A stretch of 64,000 bases of DNA, taken from assembly GCA_040285825.1 (NCBI GenBank), contig JAUPSS010000003.1, positions 806,001 to 870,000 of the forward strand, in the 5' to 3' direction. The notes under the pieces were generated by a model. It did no database searches. It was given only the letters and a program-made list of their open reading frames with translations, and was not told where the DNA came from. The DNA is from Eukaryota sp. TZLM1-RC. Taxonomy: Eukaryota > Protista > Metamonada: BaSk clade. Numbering within the stretch: position 1 is the first letter of the stretch; every line of letters begins with the position of its first letter. Both the position numbers and the translations under genes were made by a program. Shown here piece after piece: positions 34,623-48,489 of this stretch.

Positions 34623-35587
34623 GTAGTGAGAATAAACAGCTCATCTATCAAATTTTACACTTGTCACCCCATTTTCGACTTCTGGTTGCCTGTTCTGGGA
34701 GGTTTTAACTATTCCGACACTTTCCCCTCACTTCATAAACTAGGTTCGTATTTCCCTCACTTACCTTCTTTTCCACGCTTTAGGACTCCCCGTGTACTCT
34801 TTCTACCGGTTTTCTACTCATCTTTGATAACTATTGTTTACTAACAATGTACTGATTAACTCCACACCTTCTACTTGTACAAAACATTGTATATTACACT
34901 TTGATAAGGGAATGGCATTTGAGAATGTTCCACAGTTTGCCGTGGTTGTTGAAGTCACAGCGAAGGTCTTTGATACAAACTGTATGTAGATAATCTACAT
35001 ACAAGAATTAGAATGGACATTAAGATTTCAAAGGTCAAAGGCATCTCAATAAGTCAGAAACACCAAAATCGGATTAGGTAGGGATTATTCAGGGAAGGGA
35101 AAAGAAAAGCGATTAATACTCAACCTAAAATTCAACCACAGAAAATTGAATTTAATACCATTTTCACCTTTTTTTAAAAATTGTTGTCCATTTTCACCTT
35201 TTCAGGATTAAAATTAATCACCTTCTCCATTCCTTATCACCCAAAAGAAAAAAAAAGTTAGGTAAAAAAACAGCCCATTTGCGTAACCATTATATATTGT
35301 TGATTTTGAAGGTACAACCTTTTGAATACTAGACTGTCAATGAATACATACCACCCACTGAAGATCACTATACAAAGGAAAAAAGTCCTGTAACATAGTT
35401 ACCTTCGACCAGAACCAACACACAATATCAGTAACTGAAGCAAGTGGACATAACTAACTAGCATAGAACATGAGTGTGATATAACTGTTGAATAGAACTA
35501 GTAGGAACGCTGAAACATAATACCATTCCTGAAAACAAAGCAAAAGACCGAATAAGACCTGACAGTTGTTAAAATAGAACCAACAAC

Positions 35588-35731
35588 ACAACCCAGCAAA
35601 GGTGTAAGGCCGGGAGCATTGAAGGTGGAGACAAATACGATGACAGAAAGCCCTCCGAAGAGGACGTATCAGCTGTCAAACTGATAAGAACAGATACTAC
35701 ACTTGATCTAAGCCATATAGGCGAAGACTAA
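35588..35731 (-). ncRNA. U2: U2 spliceosomal snRNA (copy 1)
   Basis: Reverse complement of GGCTTAGATCAAGTGTAGTATCTGTTCTTATCAG (U2/U6 helix I and branch-point recognition sequence); stems IIa, IIb and IV present. Confidence 0.93.
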
Positions 35732-35974
35732 GGAAAAAGATTTCTTTCCCAATTTGAACCCTATCACTAGTGAAGTCACATTATTAGAAGAAACTTTGAA
35801 CACTGAAATAGGTTTAATTGATAAAATTAGTTTCGCCAGCACAATTCCTTTCCTTCAATGGAAATGTGTACTTTCATTTCTATAATTAAAAAGAATTAGT
35901 GGAACATTTCATCTATTTTTTATCTATTTTCTTTTTATTCATTTAATAAAAAATATGAAAACATAAAATACACA

Positions 35975-36866
35975 ACTAAAACTCCACATCCTCAAAATCT
36001 GCCTCCCCTACTTCAAAACAATTAATTGCTAAAGATTCAGAAAAATTTCCAAAAGAAGAGAGTGAATTAGAAATTAGTTTTACCATTCTTTTCAAAATAG
36101 AAAATACAATCCTGTTTTGCCAGCAAACATGATTGAAAATTCTTCCAGTTCTTTCCTTTACAACTACAACAAAATCCTCCAGGAAAGCAACAGCAGCCTT
36201 ACCTAGAGATCCAAGCTAAGAAAAAACAAAGGGACATAAATTATATTGGGCATGAGAATTTTCATTAACCGAGGAAATGGGTTTCGTATGTTTAGCAATT
36301 TTATATTTATCGCCAGCAAGAAGAGGATTATTTACATCTGAGTTAATGAATCGTTCGTTAGAACCTTCACAAGGGTCAATAGACATGGCGGCTAAAATTG
36401 TAAAACTACCATTTAAGCCGGGAACAACCAGATCACCTCTTGTCAGACCCATATAAGCTCTGTTGTAGCGCGTACTATCAATATTGGGGTCACCAAGAAT
36501 GAATTTTGATAACAAATGCTCTAAAAAGGAATCTACTCGATATGATTTACACATTACATAAATTTGGTCCCTGACATTATTATGCACTTTACTTCTAAAT
36601 GTAATGAAATGTTTACAGTTCAAAAGATGAGTAAACAAAAGAGGTTTACCACATTTACATGTTAAATGATTGGGCAAATTGTTTGGCCATAGAAAACAAC
36701 GAAAACGCATGTTTAAACACCATTCATTGTTTTTAACAAAAGTTTATAAACAGAGGAAATTTGTGTTACTAAAGCAGCAGAACTATCACGAATGTCCTTT
36801 AAAAAATTTCTGAAAGCGGGATTTTCAGTTTTGGCCAAGCCAAGTCTTACTTCATAATCCAAGCTT
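35975..36866 (-). mobile_element. RT-RLE retrotransposon 3' fragment (family B type)
   Basis: MRFRCFLWP..LP..LTCKCG...HLLNC..RSKVH..VRDQ...RGDL; CWQNRIVFSI. Confidence 0.85.
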
Positions 36867-36949
36867 AATTATTTCATCTTTTGTGAAACATACGCCAAAG
36901 AAACTATTAGTGTTTTGAAAAAAGTCTTAAATTAAAAACTTAAAAAATG

Positions 36950-38485
36950 AAAAGTTGTTGAAAAGTAATGCTTGTTGGAGCCGCAAAGCAGTCATTTTTT
37001 CATCTTCATTGGTTCATGCAAATTCTTTAAACACTGGAACAACTTCGAAATTACATCCTCAAGAAATTTTTGAGAGTCACAAGCATAAAGCTTGTTCATT
37101 TTGGGTTGAAAATCCAATTTATTTAAGTGAGGTTTCCAAAGCTATTTCAAAATTACCGAAAAGAAAAGCAGCAGGTCCATCTGGAATGACTTTTAATTAA
37201 TTGAAAATAGCATGTTCTAGTTCCCGTTAAATAGCTGATGACTTTGTCAATTAATTTCAACAATTTCTTGTTTTGAAAATCCATTTGAATTACTAGCTGC
37301 ATTTTCCTGAGCGTTTTAGTTTTTTACCACTTTTATAGTAAAGACTCCTACTAACACTTTTATTCATTTGTTTTAACATCATCGTCTGTTGTGAAACAAG
37401 GCGATGCGTTAACTCCTTTCTGTTGTTTTGTTTAGCCATTGACACAACTTTAGATAACGTCAAGCAAAAATACCCTTCTCTCAACATTATGCACATAAGG
37501 ATGATATTGTTCTGATTGGTTCAGTTGATTGACTGCCATTAGTGGCTCAACAAATTGCCCATTCATATGAACAAATTGAGGCTTCATCTCAACGCCAGTA
37601 AATGGCTTCTGGTTGGCTATTCTCCTCAAGACATTGTGATGAATGAATCTGTTGTCCCGTTTACTAATTGCAGTAGTGATACTTTTCAATTTTGTGGTTG
37701 CTGGATAGGAAATGTGCCTCAAATTGTGAATGAATTACAAGCTAGTTTGGAAAAAACTGAAAATTAAGCCTCATCCAATTTTTTCTCTGGATTAGGAAAA
37801 GAATTATTGAATTTTTCATGCTTAATCTTTGTTATACTGGGAGACTAACCCATATTTTGAAATTTTGTGAACTCTCCATAGCATTAGATTTCTTTGGATC
37901 CTTGAATTCACTGAGGATAGAATGCTTTGCTGGAATGTTGGATCTAGATCCAGGAATGTTTGGTTGAAAAACCATTTATTTTCTGCAGCAAATTTTGGAG
38001 ACGTTGGATTTACAAAATCCTGTAATTTGTGCCAATCAGGTTTTTTTGGGTGGAAGCAAAAATTTTATTTATGAATTTTCTCGCAGATTTGCTGAAGGTT
38101 CTCTTTTCTAAGATCCAAATACCAGTCCATATTCAAATGAGTTATCTTCTGAGTTTGAAAGATTGCCACGACAAATCTAAAACCAAATGTTTCCCCAATC
38201 AATTCAAGAAATTTTGAACCGATCTCTTTTTAATTTGCAGTTTTCTTTAAAATACACTTCAGCAAAAATGGTCAAATATTTTCGAAAGCTTGGATTTTGA
38301 TTTTAGACTTGGCTTGGCCAAGAAAAGGAATCCCGCTTTTGCAAATCTTTTACAAGAAGTGTATGATAGTGCGTCTTGCGTTTTAGTAACAACAATTCCT
38401 CAAGTTAATGGCACTCTCTGAACTGATTCTGCCTGGACTTTGAATATGAGATTTCGTTTTTTTATCTGGCCTGATAATTTACCGC
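36950..38485 (+). mobile_element. Heavily deleted RT-RLE retrotransposon (family B type)
   Basis: KLPKRKAAGPSG (RT domain 0), degenerate VKQGDAL.PFL and HKDD, then SAWTLNMRFR..IWP. Confidence 0.8.
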
Positions 38486-38535
38486 AAAGTGAGCTGTGGT
38501 GAATTCGAACAAATACATTTTTCTTTTGATAATAA

Positions 38536-39981
38536 TGTTGGCGCCCCAAGGCTGCTATAATATGATAAAAAAAATCAATTTTTCCTCATTCATATTATCT
38601 CAAGCTTTCTTTAATCATTTTAGACTTACGGCAACAATAATTATTAACCATTTTAAGTCCAGGTATACCATTATAACTTCAGTATTCACACAGCAACAGC
38701 TAACCAGATATCTTTTTAACATGTCAGACATCTTTGGGAAAAATATTTCTGACTTCACTCATTCACCTAACTTGCAGCACCAGCAGGATACACAACAACA
38801 ACATACAACAAACATACAGAAGGTTGACGAGGAAACGGTCCCGGATCCCACCTCCCACTTCAAGAAGGAAGCAGTTGAAAGATTGGACGAGGTCAATTCT
38901 TCTGCAACAGTGGTTACAAAAGGAACAGTCGCGGACCAAAATCCCACCTCTCCTTTCAGAGTAAATAAAGAGGTTACGAGAACGGATACGGCTCCTTCTC
39001 CCATCACAAAGGAGATAGAACCTTCAGAGTCAGAGAAGGCCACGAGAACGGACCCACTCCCCTCCCTAATGTAGCATCTTGTAAAAGAGGATGGAGACCC
39101 CACATTACATAATCAACCCCTCTAGGAGAGTACATAACACGGAAGGTAAAAATGATTCCAGTGATGTATGCTACAAACTCCTAGCAAAAACGCGGAGCCT
39201 TGACTCGAATCAATGGATTTTATCCATTCGAGCAGCGCGCTCTTTTATGGAGCCAAACACAAACAAAGTCCATTACATACGAGGTTACGAGTAGAGACTC
39301 CACCTTTACTTTTATTGTACTCAATGGCAGGAAAACAGTCGTTGCTTCTCTGATATTTTTAGTCGTAAAAGCAGTACGTCAACAACAAAAAAGGCCGCCT
39401 TCAGGTTTCTGAAGTTTGTAACTTCGCTTACTGTTGTTTTTGATCCAACATAGATTCTGCATGATCATTAGTGAATGCATTCTTCGATTCCATGATACCT
39501 TTACTAAACGACACTACCACGTTACTCGTTTACGGAAAAGGGGGAAAGCAGAGCGTCTTTATGTAGCGGTTGAAACATACACAACAAAGTATTCAAACAC
39601 ACAGATCTTGGAATGAGGCCCTGTTTAGTTATTGCTTACTACTTTATACTAACATTATTGTGGGAGAGTCATAGTACATCAATTGTCGATCTTAAAAATG
39701 TAAAATAAGTGTTTGTGTGAATCCCACTTACTACAGGAAAATTGTAGACAATAGAAAACTTCAGAATTTAGTATTTTGTTCTTAGTATATTTAGTTATTT
39801 TTAGCTATTTAGTTATTGGTTCATAGTTTAATTTCATATTTATATAAGCTGATTCATTTTGAAAAAAGGAAGAAGCAGTGTTGGCGCCCTAAGGCTTTTA
39901 TAATATGATTAAAAAATAAATCAATTTTTTTCATTCATATTATCTCAAGCTTTCTTTAATCACTTTAGACTTACGGCAACA
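38536..39981 (+). mobile_element. Non-autonomous mini LTR retroelement (TRIM-like)
   Basis: ~101/103 bp direct repeats 38536-38636 and 39879-39981 with TGTTG...CAACA ends; polypurine tract 39861-39878; ATAA target duplication inside a family A fragment. Confidence 0.82.
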
Positions 39982-40430
39982 ATAATTGATTAATGGGGAA
40001 ATTCAAATATAATCTGATTTTTGTTACAAACGCTTCATTAGTAGCACACAGTCCAAATCTTCGTGGTACAATGGTTACAGACAATGCAGAATCTGATGAT
40101 TGGTTTTCACAAACACCCTTTTCCAATAACAATGAGCGAAGATCTTGATTTAAAACAGCCGAGCTGCATATATTATTATAAAGATCATTTTCATACATTC
40201 CAGTCAATCTTTTCTGTAATGTTCGAAAAGTGTACTTCAAATTTAAAACATTTTTTTCTGGAATATTGCCATTGAATGATTGGGGAAAACATCGACTCCA
40301 TTTTTCTACTTCAATTTTTGAAATTTCATCATTTAATGCAAAAACAGTAGAACTTTGCGTTGTCATTAATAGATCTTTCCAATCCGCAAGTTTTTCAGAA
40401 AACTCAAAAAATGCATTTCTACATCCACCA
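39982..40430 (-). mobile_element. Family A retrotransposon fragment (continues at 38483-38535 across the LTR element)
   Basis: GGCRNAFFEFSEKLADW...NEAFVTKIRLYLN matches family A. Confidence 0.88.
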
Positions 40431-40434
40431 ACTA

Positions 40435-41050
40435 TTCTATTTCTATTTTGTTCACTTGCTCCCACAGCTATACGTATACGTTTTTTGGCAGATTTTGAAA
40501 TTATTGTAAAGAGAAGAACTAACAGAAATTTCAACAGATTGTTTTGGCACAATAGAATTGAGTTTTCTATTTTTGAGGGGATGTTGAAGATGGTTTCTGA
40601 TGCTTTGCTTTCTCTTGGATTTCACTACGAGAGAGTTGCATTTACTTGTTTTGTTTTGGGAGAGATGGATTATTTAGATGTTGATTTATAAGTTTTCTAA
40701 TACATAAATACAATTACAAAAACGAGACCAATATGCTGAGTTATGGAATGATTTAAAAAAGAACCTTTACTCGAAGTTTTTTTGTGTTCCTTTTGCCTTC
40801 TCGATTTTTGATAACATTGGTCAGTCTGGTTTGAATTTTCTCAATGATTTTGATAATCTTTGTCGTTCAAATAGTAAGAATTTTGCTGGGTATTTATGGA
40901 AGAATCGTGTCATTTTTGCTTTGTGTAGAAGTGTTCCCAAGTATTTAATGATGTCTAAGCTTTACAAGGATTCTTCAAGAGTTGGTGTGGAGAATTTTGT
41001 TTCTTATGTGTTTGAATTTGTTTTGTTTTGTAATTACGTAGAAAATAAAT
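40435..41050 (+). mobile_element. Two short retrotransposon 3'-end fragments (families B and C)
   Basis: FWHNRIEFSIF and LWKNRVIFAL C-terminal motifs, each followed by an AATAAA-like tail. Confidence 0.72.
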
Positions 41051-41104
41051 AAGTATAATGTATAATAGGATTTTGTTTTTTTTAATTTTAATTTAATTTA
41101 TTTT

Positions 41105-42090
41105 CAAAAGTACAATCTAGAAATCAATATCTTCAAGACAAGCTTCCACACCATCAAACCGTACAACAGCAATGTCTTCGTAATGTGCATTGACAGACAT
41201 CAAAGCTTTCGAAATATTTCTAGAAATTGTTTTGAAAATAGTGAACTAATACGATTCAACCACACCCGATGATCAAAACGCTTACTGATTCTTCTGTTTT
41301 CAAGGTTTTCAAAATCATCAATAAAATTTATGGCGGTTTTTCCAGGACGTCAATACAAAGATATAGCAAATGAGCAAATTTGGTGATTCACATGGCGACC
41401 ATGTTTCAATTTTTCAAAGGATTTGCATCTTTCTTGCGTTCCATAATTCCGAATCATCAAGGGGATATTTCGGATTGTGCATGTTTCTTGCAAACATTCA
41501 CTGTTACGACATCAACAACATTCAAGACATCATCATATAAGGGCACAACAACATCAACACGTCGTCTTCCTTATTTTCAATCTCTTACTTTTTCATTAAT
41601 TTCAAGTTATCTCAACAACGGTTCTACAAATGATTCAATATGATAGAAATTGTACAATGCATGGATTTTATCTCTGACAGCGTCATGCATAGTGGAACGA
41701 TAAGTAATAAATCTGTTGTAATTGAATAAATGTGATGATGTCAAACCAGCTCCACATTTTCAAAACAGATCATTGGGCAAATTACAAGGCCACAAATAGC
41801 ATCGCATCCGCATAGCAGTGGTCCATTGGTCATCATTTAAAAATAAACCATAAATTTGGGCAACTTGGTTCAACAAAACTCCAGATGAACTGTGCTTCTA
41901 ATCAATCAATAATTTTGCCAACGCACGATGTTTTTGTTCAACCGTGCTGAGTCGAACAATGAAATCTTTACTTTCAAATTTTTCTAAAGATGACGTTGGA
42001 GTTTTTTCCACAAATTTCTTTCTGGAATGTCTTAAATAGCAATAGGGAAACATGATTGCCATAATCCATGGGATAAACTTGATACTTCTC
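41105..42090 (-). mobile_element. Family D retrotransposon fragment (second copy)
   Basis: Direct repeat of 11500-12500. Confidence 0.85.
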
Positions 42091-42768
42091 TTAAGTTTAA
42101 CAAAAATAGATTTAGAAATTTATAAGATTTCGTAAAGGAAATCTTGGTTCATTTAGTCCCATAAGCTCTGATTTGAAGTGATGAAGTGTTGTAGTTTATC
42201 AAAATATATAATTTAAACTAATATTGTATTGTTTTCATAACAGACACGTAATAACGGTTTATCCTGTGGTTACGAGCTCTATCAATTTTGAGGTCTCCAA
42301 AAAATTTGTTTGATCCCAATGGCCCCAAGAAAGAATCAACTCGATTAGTGTTCCATTACATGAATTTGGTCGCAAACAATCACTGAAAAGTGATGAAGTG
42401 TTCATAATTCAAGAGGTGAGTAATCGAGCAAGCTTTGTTTTAATTGTAACAAAAATGATTAGATATAATTTTTGGCAAAATAAAGCACTGGTCAAATTTG
42501 TAGTTTCAGTGAAGTTGACACCACCATAAATGTGAATATAGATAAAGAACAATTGGAGTTTGAATAAAATCTTCAAAACTTTACTTGAAACTGAATCATA
42601 CTGGTATTTTTTTAGTGTTTTTTCTTTTTCTTATATTTAGTGTGTTCTAAATTGAGTTTTACAAAATAACAACTCAAAAAAAAAGAACAGACTTTAAATT
42701 TCAATTTAACAAATGTTACGAAGTTTATCAAGAATAAAAAATAAGCACCCGTAAACACCATTAAACCA

Positions 42769-43413
42769 CTAAATCATTCTGCTGTACAGAGGGAAACTCT
42801 TCTGTTCGGCCCCCACAGTGGTATTTGGTCCATGTCCAGCGACCACAACAGTAGAGACAGGCAAATCGGAGTGGAACAACAGGTTTCTGATTGATTCCTT
42901 CAGAACTGCACCATTTCCCTGCCAAAGATCACTTCTACCACAACTTCCCTGGAACAATACATCTCCTGCTATCAAGACATTATCCTTCTCAATGTACAAG
43001 CAGATCGAACCTGGTGAGTGACCAGGGGCTTCCAATGCTTTTATAGTAAGGTCTCCAAGGCTAAGAGTATCGCCATTGTTCATTAACACGTCAGGTTCTG
43101 GTTGAGCAGACACGGGAAGAGGCATGCCAAATTCCATTGGCTGCTTGTGGACCTTTTTGTAGAGATCAGCGTCTGAGTTACCAAGAACGATCCTGGCCTC
43201 AGGGAAAGCACGTTTCAATGGGATAAGATCTCCCACATGATCGAAATGAGCGTGGGAAATAATGATGTACATCAACTTTAAATTAGACTGCTTAAGTTCA
43301 TTGATGACCTTATCAGCAGCAAGACCAGGATCAACAACCGCAGCTACAGCACTGTCATGAATAATTGTACAGTTAGCTTGTAACGGAGGAACAGAAAAAG
43401 TACTGTATGGCAT
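42769..43413 (-). CDS. Metallo-beta-lactamase-fold hydrolase (YcbL/glyoxalase II-like)
   Basis: ANC.II, DPG, SHAHFDHVG, PGHSPGS, GDVLF..SCGRSDL, GHGP.TT.G.E; ATG 43413. Confidence 0.92.
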   Translation of the reverse strand: MPYSTFSVPPLQANCTIIHDSAVAAVVDPGLAADKVINELKQSNLKLMYIIISHAHFDHVGDLIPLKRAFPEARIVLGNSDADLYKKVHKQPMEFGMPLPVSAQPEPDVLMNNGDTLSLGDLTIKALEAPGHSPGSICLYIEKDNVLIAGDVLFQGSCGRSDLWQGNGAVLKESIRNLLFHSDLPVSTVVVAGHGPNTTVGAEQKSFPLYSRMI

Positions 43414-43440
43414 ATGAAAAGTATATTGAAAAAACTGCAA

Positions 43441-44485
43441 TATTTGAGTTTTCTGAAAGATTTGCCGATTGGGAAGATTTATTAATGACTACACAAAGTT
43501 GCACTGTTTTTGCATTAAATGATGAAATTTGGAAAATTGATGTAGAAAATGGAGTCGATGCTTTCCCCAATCATTTAATAGCAATATTTCAGAAAAGAAT
43601 TTATTAAATTTAATATACACTCTTCGAACATTACAGAAAAGATTGACTGGAATGTATGCAAATGATCTTTATGATAATAATATATGCAGCTCGACTGTGT
43701 TAAATCAAGATCTTCACTCATTGTTATTGGAAAAGGGTGTTTGTGAAAACCAGTCTTCAGATTCTTCAATGTTTGTAACCATTGTGACACGAAGATTTGG
43801 ACTGTGTGCTACTAATGAAGCGTTTGTAACAAAAATGAGATTATATTTGAATATCCCCATTAATCAATTATTATCAAAAGAAAAATGTATTTGTTCGAAT
43901 TCACCTCAGCTCATTTTACGACAAGCTCTGAATTGTTCCAAATTGATAACTTATCGTTCTTTTCTCTGAATAATTTTGGTTCTGATGATAGAGGTGATGT
44001 ATACTGTGATTGGATTGATAACTCTGAAGCTACTGTTGACTTTGTCTCATGTAATGTAGCAAATGGTACTTTGGTTCACAGAAGAAAATTTAATCCTGTA
44101 AGTGCTCTTGATTTTAAAGCAAAAGAAAAACATAGAAAATATGATAAAGATATTGAAGAGGCTAATGCCGATAGAAATACACAGCTGGTTTTTATTGCTT
44201 TCCCATTTTCGATAAATGGAAGATTATCAGATGAAGCAGAAACTTTTTTGAATGACTTCCAAAAAATGGTGCAAGAAAAGACAATGAAAAGATTTGATAT
44301 TTTTTATGGCGTTCACGGATTCAATTTGCCATTATTAATAGATTACCTCGGTTTTTCAATCGAATAAGAGGAGCTTTAGCTAGACAGCAAGCAGATCAAG
44401 ATTTTGTAGAGGAAATCTTGGTTCACTGATAGTCGTCCCATTAGTTATGAGTTAATTTAATTAAACGTGGATGTTCAATAAATTA
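43441..44485 (+). mobile_element. Family A retrotransposon, 5'-truncated, deletion-derivative lineage
   Basis: Matches family A 3' half with a ~91 nt internal deletion; decayed TSD-like flanks TGAAAAAACTGCAA / TGAATAAAACGCAA. Confidence 0.88.
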
Positions 44486-44581
44486 GATGAATAAAACGCA
44501 AAAATTGACACGAAAATTTAAATAAATGTTGTCCTCTTGTAGTTAATGGAAATCTACCAGAAAAGAATTGTTTTATTGTGA

Positions 44582-46048
<1,467 letters not shown>

Positions 46049-48489
46049 TTCATGTGAAACATATTTTACAATAAACTGTATCTATTTTAGCTTTCTATTT
46101 TCTTCTGCACTAAGCTCAGTTGTGCACCTTTGAAACTTATCATCATAATTTTTGCAAACAGTACAGTATGCGATAGAAGTGAAAACCTCAATACTTATGA
46201 AAAAATAGAAATCATCATTGTACTTAACGTTTATTTACTATCATACACTTCTTGTAAAAGATTTGCAAAAGCGGAATTCTTTTTCAATAAATATTGTCTT
46301 TTCTTGGCCAAGCCAAGTCTAACATCAAAATCCAAGCTTTCGAAAATATTTGACCATTTTTGCTGAAGTGTATTTTAAAGAAAACCGCAAATTTAGAAGA
46401 GATCGGTTCAAAATTTCTTGAATTGATTGGGGAAACATTTGGTTTTAGATTTGTCGTGGCAATCTTTCAAACTCAGAAGATAACTCATTTGAATATGGAC
46501 TGGTATTTGGATCTTAGAAAAGAGAACCTTCAGCAAATCTGCGAGAAAATTCATAAATAAAATTTTTGCTTCCACCCAAAAAAACCTGATTGGCACAAAT
46601 TACAGGATTTTGTAAATCCAACGTCTCCAAAATTTGCTGCAGAAAATAAATGGTTTTTCAACCAAACATTCCTGGATCTAGATCCAACATTCCAGCAAAG
46701 CATTCTATCCTCAGTGAATTCAAGGATCCAAAGAAATCTAATGCTATGGAGAGTTCACAAAATTTCAAAATATGGGTTAGTCTCACAGTATAACAAAGAT
46801 TAAGCATGAAAAATTCAATAATTCTTTTCCTAATCCAGAGAAAAAATTGAATGAGGCTTAATTTTCAGTTTTTTCCAAACTAGCTTGTAATTCATTCACA
46901 ATTTGAGGCACATTTCCTATCCAGCAACCACAAAATTGAAAAGTATCACTACTGCAATTAGTAAACGGGACAACAGATTCATTTATCACATCGTCTTGAG
47001 GAGAATAGCCAACCAGAAGCCATTTACTGGCGTTGAGATGAAGCCTCAATTTGTTCATATGAATGGGCAATTTGTTGAGCCACTAATGGCAGTCAATCAA
47101 CTGAACCAATCAGAACAATATCATCCTTATGTGCATAATGTTGAGAGAAGGGTATTTTTGCTTGACGTTATCTAAAGTTGTGTCAATGGCTAAACAAAAC
47201 AACAGAAAGGAGTTAACGCATCGCCTTGTTTCACAACAGACGATGATGTTAAAACAAATGAATAAAAGTGTTAGTAGGAGTCTTTACTATAAAAGTGGTA
47301 AAAAACTAAAACGCTGAGGAAAATGCAGCTAGTAATTCAAATGGATTTTCAAAACAAGAAATTGTTGAAATTAATTGACAAAGTCATCAGCTATTTAACG
47401 GGAACTAGAACATGCTATTTTCAATTAATTAAAAGTCATTCCAGATGGACCTGCTGCTTTTCTTTTCGGTAATTTTGAAATAGCTTTGGAAACCTCACTT
47501 AAATAAATTGGATTTTCAACCCAAAATGAACAAGCTTTATGCTTGTGACTCTCAAAAATTTCTTGAGGATGTAATTTCGAAGTTGTTCCAGTGTTTAAAG
47601 AATTTGCATGAACCAATGAAGATGAAAAAAATGACTGCTTTGCGGCTCCAACAAGCATTACTTTTCAACAACTTTTCATTTTTTAAGTTTTTAATTTAAG
47701 ACTTTTTTCAAAACACTAATAGTTTCTTTGGCGTATGTTTCACAAAAGATGAAATAATTAAGCTTGGATTATGAAGTAAGACTTGGCTTGGCCAAAACTG
47801 AAAATCCCGCTTTCAGAAATTTTTTAAAGGACATTCGTGATAGTTCTGCTGCTTTAGTAACACAAATTTCCTCTGTTTATAAACTTTTGTTAAAAAAACG
47901 ATGAATGGCTTTTAAACATGCGTTTTCGTTGTTTTCTGTGCCCAAACAATTTGCCCAATCATTTATATAAAATTGCTAAACATGCGAAACCCATTTCCTC
48001 GGTTAATGAAAATTCTCATGCCCAATATAATTTATGTCCCTTTGTTTTTTCTTTGCTTGGATCTCTAGGTAAGGCTGTTGTAGCTTTCCTGGAGGATCTT
48101 GTTGTAGTTGTAAAGGAAAGAACTGGAAGAATTTTCAATCATGTTTGCTGGCAAAACAGGATTGTATTTTCTATTTTGAAAAGAATGGTAAAACTAATTT
48201 CTTTTGGAAATTTTTCTGAATCTTTAGCAATTAATTGTTTTGAAGTAGGGGAGGCAGATTTTGAGGATGTGGAGTTTTAGTTGTGTATTTTATGTTTTCA
48301 TATTCCTTATTGAATGAATAAAAAAAATTATAGATAAAAAAAGATGAAATGTTCCACTAATTCTTTTTAATCTAGCAATGAAAGTACACATTTCCATTGA
48401 AGGAAAGGAATTGTGCTGGCGGAACTAATTTTATCATTTAAACCTATTTCAGTGTTCAAAGTTTCTTCTAATAATCTGACTTCACTGGT

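Larger units (their letters stand above)
35254..38370. repeat. Left arm of a large inverted segmental duplication (partner 46237-50860)
   Basis: Continuous near-identical reverse-complement match, including U2, its flanks and retroelement debris. Confidence 0.93.
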
